Notes under the pieces: model-generated
Databases searched by the model: none
The model's input: the letters and a program-made list of their open reading frames with translations, nothing else
Told to the model about the DNA's origin: nothing
Shown here: positions 28,807 through 38,483 of the stretch, piece after piece
How positions within the stretch are numbered: the first letter of the stretch is position 1
How the letters are laid out: every line of letters begins with the position of its first letter
DNA from: an uncultured Porphyromonadaceae bacterium
GTDB lineage: Bacteria; Bacteroidota; Bacteroidia; Bacteroidales; UBA11471
DNA length: 64,000 bases
Assembly (NCBI GenBank): GCA_900547555.1
Contig: URHG01000006.1
Coordinates: forward strand, 7,640 to 71,639
Direction: 5' to 3'
Translations under genes and position numbers: made by a program

Positions 28807-28846
28807 AAAGCGACATTGCATTTGCAATGTCGCTTTTGTTTTTTAT
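28807..28846 (+). terminator. intrinsic terminator after rluA-family gene
   Basis: aaagcgacattgca-tt-tgcaatgtcgcttt (14-bp perfect stem) followed by tgtttttt. Confidence 0.85.
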
Positions 28847-28853
28847 GAAATTT

Positions 28854-28867
28854 TAGAGACGTCTCTA
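28854..28867. promoter_or_regulatory. perfect 14-bp palindrome TAGAGACGTCTCTA, candidate operator at ferritin promoter
   Basis: Lies just upstream of TTTG repeats (28872-28879, a possible -33 element) and 23 nt upstream of the -7 element. Confidence 0.35.
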
Positions 28868-28890
28868 TTGGTTTGTTTGGCATAAGGTTT

Positions 28891-28898
28891 TATCTTTG
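28891..28898 (+). promoter_or_regulatory. candidate -7 element TATCTTTG for ferritin
   Basis: 36 nt upstream of ATG 28934. Confidence 0.45.
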
Positions 28899-28933
28899 TA
28901 TAAATAGAATTTTCACTATTTAAATATATAATT

Positions 28934-29452
28934 ATGTTAAGCAAGAAAATGGAAGATGCGCTCAATGCGCAAATTAATGCGGAGTTTTGGTCGGCATATC
29001 TTTATTTGTCAATGTCGTCCAATTTTGCTGCAATCGGAAATCCCGGTTTTGCCAATTGGTTTTCTGTTCAGTTCAAAGAAGAACAAGACCATGCCATGAT
29101 TCTGATAAAATATATTCTTTCTCGGGGAGGCAAAGTAACGTTGGCTCCCATCGAGAAGGTGCAGACCGAGTGGGCATCTCCTTTGGCTGCATTTGAGGAT
29201 ACATTGGCTCATGAGAAAAAAGTAACCTCTATGATCAATAATCTGTATGCTTTGGCCGAAGAAGAAAAAGACTATGCGACAAAGAGCATGTTGGGTTGGT
29301 TTGTCGATGAGCAAGTCGAGGAAGAAGAAACGGCACAAGGGTATATCGATGCCTTGAAAATGATTAAAGACAACGGTTTCGGTATCTATACGCTCGATAA
29401 AGAGTTGGGTGCACGTACTTATACGCAAGCAGCACCGTTGACCGGAAAATAA
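28934..29452 (+). CDS. ftnA: non-heme ferritin
   Basis: 172 aa. Ferroxidase-centre residues in LNAQINAEFWSAYLYLSM...FKEEQDHA.... Confidence 0.92.
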   Translation: MLSKKMEDALNAQINAEFWSAYLYLSMSSNFAAIGNPGFANWFSVQFKEEQDHAMILIKYILSRGGKVTLAPIEKVQTEWASPLAAFEDTLAHEKKVTSMINNLYALAEEEKDYATKSMLGWFVDEQVEEEETAQGYIDALKMIKDNGFGIYTLDKELGARTYTQAAPLTGK

Positions 29453-29474
29453 AGAACGATTTTATTTCCGAAAT

Positions 29475-29512
29475 AAAGATACCCTATCGATTGTCGATAG
29501 GGTATCTTTTTG
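29475..29512 (+). terminator. intrinsic terminator after ferritin
   Basis: aaagataccctatcga-ttg-tcgatagggtatcttt followed by ttg. Confidence 0.8.
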
Positions 29513-29605
29513 TAACAGAGAAACCTATAAAAATGTCGGAGGATAAGAAAAGATAAAGTTTGGATAAAAAACTACAAAAAAATAGCTTTTCAGGGGATTT
29601 CTTTA

Positions 29606-29613
29606 TACATTTG
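29606..29613 (+). promoter_or_regulatory. candidate -7 element TACATTTG for kduI
   Basis: 53 nt upstream of ATG 29666. Confidence 0.35.
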
Positions 29614-29665
29614 TATGGTTTGTAAATTAGCCGAAGAGTAGATATTTAATTTAAAAACTGTGTAT

Positions 29666-30508
29666 ATGAAAACCAATTACGAATTGCGCTATGCTGCGCA
29701 TCCCAAAGATGCAAAAAGTTATGATACGGCACGTTTGCGTGAAGATTTCCTGATTCAGAATCTTTTTGTCGACAATGAGGTGAACATGGTTTATTCCATG
29801 TACGACCGCCTTATTGTAGGTGGAGCAAAACCGGTAGGCGAGACACTTGTTCTTGAAGCTATCGATCCGTTGAAAGCGACTCATTTCCTGAGCCGTCGAG
29901 AAATCGGTATTTTCAATGTCGGAGGAGCCGGTCGTGTCAAAGTCGATGGAAAGACCTTTGATTTGGATTTTAAGGAAGCCCTTTATTTGGGGTGTGGCGA
30001 TCGTACGGTTTCTTTCGAAAGCGTGGAGGCCGCTAAACCTGCTAAATTTTATTTCAACTCGGCTCCTGCTCATCGCAACTGTCCCGATAAAAAAGTAACC
30101 AAAGCCGATGCTATCGTTGCCGAAATGGGTTCGCTCGAAGGTTCAAATCATAGAAATATCAATAAAATGTTGGTGTGTCAGGTTGTTGAGACCTGTCAGT
30201 TGCAAATGGGTATGACCGAACTGCAACCCGGAAGTATTTGGAATACGATGCCGGCCCATACCCATAGTCGTCGTATGGAAGCCTATTTCTATTTTGAAAT
30301 TCCCGAAGGCGATGCAATCTGCCACTTTATGGGAGAACCGACCGAAACGCGCCATATATGGATGAAAGGCGACGAGGCGGTACTTTCGCCTGAATGGTCG
30401 ATACATTCGGCTGCCGCAACGCATAACTATACCTTTATTTGGGGTATGGGCGGTGAGAATCTCGATTATGGAGATCAAGACTTTTATAAATATACGGAAT
30501 TGAGATAA
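29666..30508 (+). CDS. kduI: 5-dehydro-4-deoxy-D-glucuronate isomerase
   Basis: ORF 29660..30508 with ATG 29666 (MKTNYELRYAAHPKDAKSYDT). It has a cupin core with HTHSRRMEAY and is followed by kduD. Confidence 0.9.
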   Translation: MKTNYELRYAAHPKDAKSYDTARLREDFLIQNLFVDNEVNMVYSMYDRLIVGGAKPVGETLVLEAIDPLKATHFLSRREIGIFNVGGAGRVKVDGKTFDLDFKEALYLGCGDRTVSFESVEAAKPAKFYFNSAPAHRNCPDKKVTKADAIVAEMGSLEGSNHRNINKMLVCQVVETCQLQMGMTELQPGSIWNTMPAHTHSRRMEAYFYFEIPEGDAICHFMGEPTETRHIWMKGDEAVLSPEWSIHSAAATHNYTFIWGMGGENLDYGDQDFYKYTELR

Positions 30509-30531
30509 TAACCCTTTTAAACTTAAAGAAT

Positions 30532-31326
30532 ATGGTAAACTTTTCATTAGAAGGAAAAATCGCTCTTGTAACGGGAGCTTCTTATGGTATCGGATTTGCA
30601 ATTGCCAGCGGATTTGCCAAGGCCGGTGCTACTATCGTTTTCAACGATATCAAACAAGAATTGGTCGATAAAGGTCTTGCCGCTTATCAAGAAGCCGGCA
30701 TCAAGGCTCACGGATATGTGTGCGACGTTACCAATGAAGAGCAAGTCAATGCATTGGTTGCACAAATAGAAAAAGAGGTCGGATCGATTGATATTTTGGT
30801 AAACAATGCCGGTATCATCAAGCGTATACCCATGATCGAAATGTCTGCTGCCGAGTTCCGTCAGGTAATAGATGTCGATCTGAACGCACCTTTCATTGTC
30901 GCTAAGGCTGTCATTCCCGGAATGATAAAGAAAGGTCATGGTAAAATTATCAATATCTGCTCGATGATGAGTGAATTGGGCCGTGAAACCGTCTCGGCTT
31001 ATGCCGCAGCAAAAGGCGGTTTGAAAATGTTGACTCGTAACATCGCATCGGAATACGGCGAATACAATATTCAATGTAACGGTATAGGTCCGGGTTACAT
31101 CGCTACTCCTCAAACCGCACCGTTGCGTGAACGTCAGGCCGATGGTTCACGTCATCCTTTCGATGCGTTTATCGTTGCCAAAACTCCTGCTGCCCGTTGG
31201 GGTACGCCCGAAGACTTGATTGGCCCCGCCGTATTCTTGGCATCGGAGGCTTCCGATTTTGTAAACGGACATGTACTTTATGTCGATGGTGGTATTTTAG
31301 CATATATCGGAAAACAACCTAAATAA
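30532..31326 (+). CDS. kduD: 2-dehydro-3-deoxy-D-gluconate 5-dehydrogenase (SDR)
   Basis: 264 aa with TGASYGIG, NNAG and YAAAKGG motifs, in synteny with kduI. Confidence 0.85.
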   Translation: MVNFSLEGKIALVTGASYGIGFAIASGFAKAGATIVFNDIKQELVDKGLAAYQEAGIKAHGYVCDVTNEEQVNALVAQIEKEVGSIDILVNNAGIIKRIPMIEMSAAEFRQVIDVDLNAPFIVAKAVIPGMIKKGHGKIINICSMMSELGRETVSAYAAAKGGLKMLTRNIASEYGEYNIQCNGIGPGYIATPQTAPLRERQADGSRHPFDAFIVAKTPAARWGTPEDLIGPAVFLASEASDFVNGHVLYVDGGILAYIGKQPK

Positions 31327-31336
31327 AATTGTCGTC

Positions 31337-32584
31337 ATGTCGAAAATGAAAAATCTCTTTTGGGGAGCATTCATCGCTTTGCTGGCAACATCATGTGCGA
31401 GTAAAGATGTGAAGGTAACGGTAGAAAATACGGCCGATCTGGAACGTCAGAATGAAATGATAGAGGTGAATATGGACGCTGTTGCTTCTAAATTGCAATT
31501 GGCCGATACAGCTCAGGTTATCGTTCTCGATGCTACCGGAAAACAACTCCCGTACCAAATCACGTATGACGGAAAACTTATATTTCAGGCTTCTGTGGCC
31601 CCGAAAGGAACTTCTGTCTATACGATAACAGTTGGAGTACCCGAACCGGTGGAAGTACTGGCTTGCGGGCGTCAATATCCCGAGCGTGTCGATGATATCG
31701 CATGGGAAAATGATTTGACGGCATACCGCATGTATGGTCCGGCTTTGCAGGCGACCGGTGAACGTGCATTCGGTTACGATGTGTGGGTGAAATCGGTGAA
31801 AGAACCGGTTGTCGAGGCTCGTTATGCGTCGGAATTGAATCCCGAAACGATGGCGCAGATCGCCAAGTTGAGAAAGACCAACCCCAAAGCCGCTGATGAA
31901 CTTTACCATTCGGTATCGTATCATGTCGATCATGGTAACGGATTGGACTGTTATAAGGTCGGCCCTACTTTGGGAGGTGGAGCGACAGCATTGGTCGTAG
32001 ATGGAGAAATCGTATATCCTTATTGCTATAAGACGTATGAGATTCTCGATAACGGACCGTTGCGATTTACCGTAAAAGCTGTATATAATCCCGAGACTAT
32101 CAAGGGTAAAGATGTCGTTGAGACCCGTGTTATTTCTCTCGATGCCGGTTCGCAGCTCAATAAAACCGTTGTTACTTATGAAAATTTGGCCGAGGCGACG
32201 CCTATGGTGGCAGGAGTGGTTTTGCATGAACCTCTTGATCAATGCCATTATATGGCCAGTGCCGAAGACGGTTATATTTTGTATGCCGATCCGACCGATA
32301 ATGTAAATAATAACAACGGAACGATTTATGTGGGTTGCGTATTCCCCGGTACGCTTACCGATGCAAAACCCGTTATGTATGAAGAACCTGAAAAGACCCA
32401 GGAAAGAGGCGGTGCCGATGGTCAGCTGTTGGCTTATGCCGATTATCAACCCGGAAGCCAGTTCGTTTATTACTGGGGCTCGGGCTGGAGCAAATATGGT
32501 TTTGAAACAGCCGAGGCTTGGGATACCTACATTCAGAATGCGGCGTTAGCCAAGAGAAATCCGTTGCAGGTAACCGTGAAATAA
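31337..32584 (+). CDS. lipoprotein, DUF4861-like (commonly linked to kduI/kduD in Bacteroides)
   Basis: 415 aa with lipobox LATSC. The family call is from memory of kdu-locus synteny and was not searched. Confidence 0.6.
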   Translation: MSKMKNLFWGAFIALLATSCASKDVKVTVENTADLERQNEMIEVNMDAVASKLQLADTAQVIVLDATGKQLPYQITYDGKLIFQASVAPKGTSVYTITVGVPEPVEVLACGRQYPERVDDIAWENDLTAYRMYGPALQATGERAFGYDVWVKSVKEPVVEARYASELNPETMAQIAKLRKTNPKAADELYHSVSYHVDHGNGLDCYKVGPTLGGGATALVVDGEIVYPYCYKTYEILDNGPLRFTVKAVYNPETIKGKDVVETRVISLDAGSQLNKTVVTYENLAEATPMVAGVVLHEPLDQCHYMASAEDGYILYADPTDNVNNNNGTIYVGCVFPGTLTDAKPVMYEEPEKTQERGGADGQLLAYADYQPGSQFVYYWGSGWSKYGFETAEAWDTYIQNAALAKRNPLQVTVK

Positions 32585-32618
32585 TAGGATCTGCAATTCT
32601 TTCGGATTATACAAGTTG

Positions 32619-32657
32619 AAAAGGCTCTTTGCAATATTTTTGCAAAGAGCCTTTTTT
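32619..32657 (+). terminator. intrinsic terminator
   Basis: aaaaggctctttgca-atatttt-tgcaaagagcctttt followed by ttcg. The stem is 15 bp. Confidence 0.85.
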
Positions 32658-32728
32658 CGTTTTGCAATCAATTCGGTAGATGATTGTACAAATATTTACT
32701 TTTATGGAATTTTATGACGTTATTTTGT

Positions 32729-32736
32729 TAACTTTG
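32729..32736 (+). promoter_or_regulatory. candidate -7 element TAACTTTG for purU
   Basis: 29 nt upstream of ATG 32765. Confidence 0.45.
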
Positions 32737-32764
32737 TCGACAAAATAATCAACTGTAATCAAAA

Positions 32765-33640
32765 ATGACGAAGACCGTACAGAAAACGAATAAAAATGCC
32801 ATATTATTGATGCATTGTCCCGACCAGTCGGGTATCGTGGCAGTCGTTACCGATTTTATCAATATCAATGGCGGTAATATTCTTTATCTCGACCAGTATG
32901 TCGACAGGGAAAATCGTATTTTCTTTATGCGTATAGAATGGGATTTGAGCCAATTTATCATACCCGAAGATAAGATCGAAGAGTATTTCCATTCTCTTTG
33001 TGCGCAAAAATATTGCATCAATTTCAGCCTTTATTTCAGCGATAGAATTCCTCGTATGGCTATTTTCGTATCGAAGATGTCGCATTGCCTTTACGATTTG
33101 TTGGCACGCTATACGGCAGGAGAGTGGGAAGTGGAGATTCCTCTGATCATAAGCAATCACCCGGATATGGAGATCGCTGCAAAACGATTCGGGATAGACT
33201 ACAAATATTTCCCTATTACCAAAGAAAACAAAGCCGAGCAAGAGGCTGCCGAGTTGGCTTTGTTGAAAGAATACGATATCGAATTTATTGTATTGGCTCG
33301 TTATATGCAGATTGTTTCTCCCGAGTTTATCAGCCGGTTTCCTAATCGTATTATTAACATACATCACTCTTTCTTGCCGGCTTTTATCGGGGCCAAGCCT
33401 TACCATGCTGCTTTCGAGAGGGGTGTGAAATTGATCGGTGCAACGAGCCATTATGTTACAAGCGATCTCGATGCAGGGCCTATTATCGAACAGGATATTA
33501 CCCGTATTTCACATAAAGACCCTGTTGCCAGCCTCATAAGAAAAGGCCGTGATTTGGAAAAAATCGTCTTGTCTCGTGCCGTCGAAAAACATATCGAACG
33601 AAAAATACTTGTCTATCAAAATAAAACCGTAGTATTTTAA
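32765..33640 (+). CDS. purU: formyltetrahydrofolate deformylase
   Basis: 291 aa. An N-terminal ACT domain is followed by a formyltransferase core (INIHHSFLPAFIGAKPYHAA). Confidence 0.92.
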   Translation: MTKTVQKTNKNAILLMHCPDQSGIVAVVTDFININGGNILYLDQYVDRENRIFFMRIEWDLSQFIIPEDKIEEYFHSLCAQKYCINFSLYFSDRIPRMAIFVSKMSHCLYDLLARYTAGEWEVEIPLIISNHPDMEIAAKRFGIDYKYFPITKENKAEQEAAELALLKEYDIEFIVLARYMQIVSPEFISRFPNRIINIHHSFLPAFIGAKPYHAAFERGVKLIGATSHYVTSDLDAGPIIEQDITRISHKDPVASLIRKGRDLEKIVLSRAVEKHIERKILVYQNKTVVF

Positions 33641-33649
33641 AGTTCTATT

Positions 33650-34240
33650 ATGCAAGTTGCGATTGTTAAGTATAATGCCGGCAATATCTATTCGGTAGAT
33701 TGTGCTTTGAGGCGGGTAGGGATTACACCGATACTTACTGATGATAAGGAGACTCTCATGGCTGCCGATAAAGTCATATTTCCCGGTGTAGGTGAGGCGG
33801 CAACGACGATGTCTTATCTTCGGGAGCAAGGTCTCGATCGTCTTATTAGGGATTTGAGACAGCCTGTTTTGGGAATATGTATCGGTATGCAGCTCATGTG
33901 CCGCCATTCCGAAGAGGGAGATACCGATTGTCTTGGCATATTCGATGTCGATGTAAAACGTTTCCGCCCCGAAAACCGGGAACAGAAAGTGCCGCACATG
34001 GGTTGGAATACGGTAACCGGTATCGATACGCATATGTTTCCGTCGCAGTTGGAAGGGCAATACGTCTACTTTGTACACAGCTATTATGTACCTGTCTCTC
34101 CATATACAACGGCTATGACCGATTATATACACCCTTTCAGCGCAGCATTGCATCGCGATAATTTTTACGCCACGCAATTTCATATCGAAAAAAGCGGAAC
34201 GATGGGAGAGGCTATATTCAATCATTTTTTATCTCTTTGA
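33650..34240 (+). CDS. hisH: imidazole glycerol phosphate synthase, glutaminase subunit
   Basis: 196 aa. GVGEA, nucleophile-elbow GICIGMQL, and FHIEKS. Confidence 0.95.
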   Translation: MQVAIVKYNAGNIYSVDCALRRVGITPILTDDKETLMAADKVIFPGVGEAATTMSYLREQGLDRLIRDLRQPVLGICIGMQLMCRHSEEGDTDCLGIFDVDVKRFRPENREQKVPHMGWNTVTGIDTHMFPSQLEGQYVYFVHSYYVPVSPYTTAMTDYIHPFSAALHRDNFYATQFHIEKSGTMGEAIFNHFLSL

Positions 34241-34243
34241 ACC

Positions 34244-34963
34244 ATGATAGAACTCATTCCGGCCATAGATATTATCGACGGTAAGTGCGTGCGTCTTTCA
34301 CAAGGAGACTATGCCAGCAAGAAGGTTTATAACGAAGACCCTCTTGAAGTTGCGAAGATGTTTGAAGATAGCGGCTTGCGGCGTTTACATGTGGTTGACC
34401 TCGATGGGGCGAAAGCTCACCATATCGTCAATTATAAAATACTCGATAGGATAGCCTCGCATACCGAACTGGTTATCGATTTCGGAGGAGGGCTTAAAAG
34501 CGATGAGGATATAAAGATCGCTTTCGATTGCGGTGCCCGAATGGTAACCGGAGGAAGTATAGCCGTGAAAAATCCCGATGTTTTCAATGGTTGGATTACT
34601 CGTTATGGGGCAGACCGCATCATTCTTGGAGCCGATGTAAAGGACAAAAAAATTGCTGTCGGAGGGTGGTTGGAGTCTTCCGATTGTGATCTTTTCTCAT
34701 TTGTGGCGGCATATTGTGAGAAAGGTATAGAGAAGGTCATTACGACCGATATTTCCCGAGACGGTATGTTGCAAGGTCCTTCGGTGGTGCTTTATCGGGA
34801 GATGTTACAACAGCTGCCCGGTATTTACCTTATTGCCAGTGGCGGCGTCAGTTGTATCGACGATATTGTGCATCTCGATGAGGCGGGTGTGCATGGGGTC
34901 ATATTCGGAAAAGCTATATATGAAGGACGCATATCGTTGCGTGATTTATCCCGGTTCCTGTAA
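34244..34963 (+). CDS. hisA: ProFAR isomerase
   Basis: 239 aa. [19 protein letters not shown] and a C-terminal [11 protein letters not shown]. Confidence 0.95.
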   Translation: MIELIPAIDIIDGKCVRLSQGDYASKKVYNEDPLEVAKMFEDSGLRRLHVVDLDGAKAHHIVNYKILDRIASHTELVIDFGGGLKSDEDIKIAFDCGARMVTGGSIAVKNPDVFNGWITRYGADRIILGADVKDKKIAVGGWLESSDCDLFSFVAAYCEKGIEKVITTDISRDGMLQGPSVVLYREMLQQLPGIYLIASGGVSCIDDIVHLDEAGVHGVIFGKAIYEGRISLRDLSRFL

Positions 34964-34975
34964 GATTTTTAAGAT

Positions 34976-36133
34976 ATGAAAAACACATTTTCTTTGTTGT
35001 ATTCCGTATGTATGGCGATGGCTCTTTCTTTTTTGTTGAGTTGCTCTTCCGAGGAACATCGGGAGGGGATTGTTCTTGAAGAATTTCTTTATGAACAAGC
35101 CGATTTCCCATCTTGCCATTCGGTTACGATTGTAGAGCTTGAAAACGGAGATTTATTGGCCACCTATTTCGGGGGTACACATGAGCGGAACCCTGATGTG
35201 GAAATACGTTTGCAGCGAAAAACTCCCGGAGGACAATGGTCTGCGCCTCAAAGCGTGGCCACAGGTATTCAGAATGACACATTGCGTTACCCGACATGGA
35301 ATCCCGTGATTTTTCAACCGGACGGAGGGGAACTGATGCTTTATTATAAAGTCGGTCCCAGCCCAAAAGACTGGTGGGGAGAATATATCATGTCGACAGA
35401 TAACGGATATACATGGAGTTCTCCGCAGCGGTTGGAATTGCCTTTGCTCGGCCCCATTAAAAACAAACCCATACAGCTTGCCGACGGTACGCTGATTTCA
35501 GGATCGAGCGATGAGAGGCACGGTTGGAGGGCTCATATCGAGCGCAGTACCGATAAGGGGCATACTTGGGAGTTTATAGGACCGCTTAATGATGGAAAAA
35601 AGATCGCTGCCATACAGCCGACCTTTTTACAGCATGGTGGCGATACCATACAGGTGCTCTGTCGTACGAACGGAAAAAACGGAAATAATCGTATTGTGCA
35701 AGCGTGGTCTTATGATGCCGGCAAATCGTGGAGTGAAATGACCGAAACGACATTGCCGAACAATAATTCGGGTATCGACGCTGTAACCTTGCGAGATGGG
35801 CGTCATCTTTTGATATACAATCATTCGACTCGCGATCAAGAGAATATGGGACATAAAGGTCGCGGAGTAATTAATCTTGCGATGAGTCGGGACGGAATAA
35901 ATTGGGAGGCCGCTCTTGTCCTCGATTATATCGACCAACCCGGGAAGCAGTATTCTTATCCCTCTATGATTCAGACATCAGACGGTCTCGTGCATATTGT
36001 GTACACGTGGCATCGCCAACGTATCAAGCATGTTGTTGTGGATCCTCAAAAACTAGAAACTTATCCTATTATTGATGGGGTATGGCCTACCGATAAAATT
36101 CCATTTGTCGTGTCTCCTGTCGATGCTTTGTAG
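34976..36133 (+). CDS. sialidase-like BNR/Asp-box beta-propeller lipoprotein (PF13088-like)
   Basis: 385 aa with lipobox LLSC. Four Asp-box motifs: STDNGYTW, STDKGHTW, SYDAGKSW, SRDGINW. I see no FRIP motif. Confidence 0.8.
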   Translation: MKNTFSLLYSVCMAMALSFLLSCSSEEHREGIVLEEFLYEQADFPSCHSVTIVELENGDLLATYFGGTHERNPDVEIRLQRKTPGGQWSAPQSVATGIQNDTLRYPTWNPVIFQPDGGELMLYYKVGPSPKDWWGEYIMSTDNGYTWSSPQRLELPLLGPIKNKPIQLADGTLISGSSDERHGWRAHIERSTDKGHTWEFIGPLNDGKKIAAIQPTFLQHGGDTIQVLCRTNGKNGNNRIVQAWSYDAGKSWSEMTETTLPNNNSGIDAVTLRDGRHLLIYNHSTRDQENMGHKGRGVINLAMSRDGINWEAALVLDYIDQPGKQYSYPSMIQTSDGLVHIVYTWHRQRIKHVVVDPQKLETYPIIDGVWPTDKIPFVVSPVDAL

Positions 36134-36339
36134 ATCGATGATAAATGTAAATAATGTACTTGGAAGGCTGCCTGATAATATCTTATTATTTCCTCCTTGC
36201 AAATGTGGTGAAATAGAAAAGAAATCGTATTTTTGTCCTTTGTTTTGCAGTTATTTGATAGAAATAGATCGGAAAACGGCAAAATTATAATGAAGGAAAT
36301 ATTGGATTCAAACAAAAGTCATTGTCTTTCCGAGAAAAT

Positions 36340-37095
36340 ATGTTAGCAAAAAGAATAATACCCTGCCTTGACGTGAAAGACGGGAAAACCGTGAAAGGGG
36401 TGAACTTTGTTAATTTCAGGGATGCCGGTGATCCGGTGGAATTAGGTCGGGCATACAGCGAACAAGGGGCCGACGAACTGGTATATCTCGATATTACCGC
36501 TTCGCATGAAGGGCGTAAGACGTTTACCGACTTGGTGCGTCGTGTGGCGGCTCATGTGAGTATTCCTTTTACTGTAGGAGGCGGAATCAACGAAATCGGC
36601 GATGTAGACCGTTTGCTGAATGCCGGTGCCGATAAAGTTTCGATTAATTCATCGGCATTGAAAAATCCGGTTTTGATCGAAGATATTGCAAAAAATTTCG
36701 GTTCTCAGGTTTGTGTTGTCGCAATAGATGCTAATTTTGAGAAAAATTCTTGGCGTTGTTACCGTAGTGGCGGTCGTATTCCTACCGAGAAAGAACTTTT
36801 TGCATGGGCAAAGGAAGCTCAGGAACGGGGTGCCGGTGAAATTCTATTTACCAGTATGACCCACGATGGGGTGAAGACGGGCTATGCCAATGAGGCACTT
36901 GCAATCTTGCATGAGTTGCTCGATATACCGGTTATTGCATCGGGAGGAGCTGGGGCAAAAGAGCATTTTCGAGATGCTTTTCTATGGGGTAAAGCCGATG
37001 CGGCATTGGCGGCCAGCGTGTTCCATTTCGGAGAAATACCTATCCCGGAACTGAAAGCTTATCTTGCAAAAGAAAATATTTGTGTAAGAATATAA
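36340..37095 (+). CDS. hisF: imidazole glycerol phosphate synthase, cyclase subunit
   Basis: ORF 36322..37095 starts at TTG. ATG 36340 gives [23 protein letters not shown]. Confidence 0.95.
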   Translation: MLAKRIIPCLDVKDGKTVKGVNFVNFRDAGDPVELGRAYSEQGADELVYLDITASHEGRKTFTDLVRRVAAHVSIPFTVGGGINEIGDVDRLLNAGADKVSINSSALKNPVLIEDIAKNFGSQVCVVAIDANFEKNSWRCYRSGGRIPTEKELFAWAKEAQERGAGEILFTSMTHDGVKTGYANEALAILHELLDIPVIASGGAGAKEHFRDAFLWGKADAALAASVFHFGEIPIPELKAYLAKENICVRI

Positions 37096-37106
37096 TAGGA
37101 TAAAAT

Positions 37107-37703
37107 ATGGAACTTGATTTTGGTAAAATGGGCGGACTTATACCCGCCATTATACAGGATAACTGCACGGGCAAGGTCCTGATGTTGGGCTTTATGAATA
37201 AAGAAGCCTATGATAAAACTTTGGAAATAGGAAAGGTAACTTTTTTCAGCCGTACCAAAAATCGCTTGTGGACAAAGGGCGAGGAGAGTGGTAATTTTTT
37301 GAATGTATGCTCGGTAACGGCCGACTGTGATGCGGATACGCTTCTCATCAAAGTCAATCCCGTAGGCCCTGTTTGCCACACGGGGAGCGATACTTGTTTT
37401 GATGAAAAAAACGAAGCCGATTTCTATTTTATACAGTATTTGCAGGATTTTATCGACCGACGTAAAGCCGAGATGCCCGAAGGTTCTTATACGACATCGC
37501 TCTTCAAGAAAGGAGTAAACCGTATGGCTCAGAAAGTAGGAGAAGAAGCTGTCGAGACTGTCATAGAGGCAACGAATGGTACGCGAGAAGGATTTATTTA
37601 TGAAGCATCGGACTTGCTTTATCACCTTATCGTATTGTTGACGTCCAAAGGTTTACGAATCGAAGATTTGGCACGGGAATTAAAAAGTCGCCATAAAGAA
37701 TAA
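37107..37703 (+). CDS. hisIE: bifunctional phosphoribosyl-AMP cyclohydrolase / phosphoribosyl-ATP pyrophosphatase
   Basis: 198 aa. The HisI part has GLIPAIIQD...FFSRTKNRLWTKGEESGN...CHTG. The HisE part has YTTSLF...KVGEEAVE. Confidence 0.95.
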   Translation: MELDFGKMGGLIPAIIQDNCTGKVLMLGFMNKEAYDKTLEIGKVTFFSRTKNRLWTKGEESGNFLNVCSVTADCDADTLLIKVNPVGPVCHTGSDTCFDEKNEADFYFIQYLQDFIDRRKAEMPEGSYTTSLFKKGVNRMAQKVGEEAVETVIEATNGTREGFIYEASDLLYHLIVLLTSKGLRIEDLARELKSRHKE

Positions 37704-37712
37704 TCTCTTTCT

Positions 37713-38405
37713 ATGGAAAAACGGCAACTCATAAATTATCGTCAGGTGGAAATTTGCCGGAACGAGCAAGTCGTTCTGCAAAAAGCTGATTTTGAATTGT
37801 TCAGCGGTGAATTTGTCTATCTGATAGGCCGGGTGGGAAGCGGAAAAAGTACGTTGTTGAAAACGATATATGCCGAGGTTCCCATTCAAGATGGCGAAGC
37901 GATGGTATTCGATGTGAATATGCGGAAAATACGCCGTCGTGAGATACCGATGTTGCGTAGGAAATTGGGAATCGTTTTTCAGGATTTTCAATTATTGACC
38001 GACCGTACCGTACAGAAGAATCTCGAATTTGTATTGCGGGCCACCGGTTGGAAAGACCGTGCCGCGATTGATGAGCGCATACAGAAAACCCTTTGTCAGG
38101 TCGGTATGGAAAATAAGGCGTACCGTATGCCGCACGAGCTGTCGGGGGGAGAGCAGCAGCGTATCGTCATTGCGCGGGCTTTGCTCAATTCTCCTCAAAT
38201 CATATTGGCAGACGAACCGACCGGAAACCTCGATCCTCAAACGGGAAAACAAATCGTTGCTCTGTTACATGAGATTTGTAACGAAGGGACAGCGGTAATC
38301 ATGACTACCCACAACCATTATTTGGTACGGGAGTTTCCCGGTCGGGTATTGCTTTGTAATGAGAAGCAAATAACCGACATTACCAATACGATACCTATAA
38401 AGTAA
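37713..38405 (+). CDS. ftsE: cell-division-type ABC ATPase FtsE
   Basis: 230 aa. Walker A GRVGSGKST, signature LSGGEQQR, Walker B ILADEPTGNLD. No ftsX is adjacent. Confidence 0.8.
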   Translation: MEKRQLINYRQVEICRNEQVVLQKADFELFSGEFVYLIGRVGSGKSTLLKTIYAEVPIQDGEAMVFDVNMRKIRRREIPMLRRKLGIVFQDFQLLTDRTVQKNLEFVLRATGWKDRAAIDERIQKTLCQVGMENKAYRMPHELSGGEQQRIVIARALLNSPQIILADEPTGNLDPQTGKQIVALLHEICNEGTAVIMTTHNHYLVREFPGRVLLCNEKQITDITNTIPIK

Positions 38406-38438
38406 TCTCGATTATGTACGTTTTCTGATAAATCGTTA

Positions 38439-38446
38439 TATCTTTG
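38439..38446 (+). promoter_or_regulatory. candidate -7 element TATCTTTG for lysC
   Basis: 38 nt upstream of ATG 38484. Confidence 0.45.
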
Positions 38447-38483
38447 CAGCGGTTTAAGAAAGAAACAAATATTAAAATAAGAA

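Noticed and set aside
27340-28827. 495-aa minus-strand ORF spanning the whole fabG and rluA-family genes
   Set aside because: It lies antisense to two genes with clear catalytic motifs. Its translation is low-complexity and R/F/I/N-rich with no motif. It is a typical stop-poor shadow frame opposite real coding sequence.
31391-32449. 352-aa minus-strand ORF inside the DUF4861-like gene
   Set aside because: The plus-strand frame has a lipoprotein signal and sits in kdu synteny. The minus frame is a featureless shadow ORF.
36134-36339. His-codon leader peptide / attenuator before hisF
   Set aside because: The only small ORF ([18 protein letters not shown]) has a single His codon, and there is no terminator-like hairpin with a T tract.
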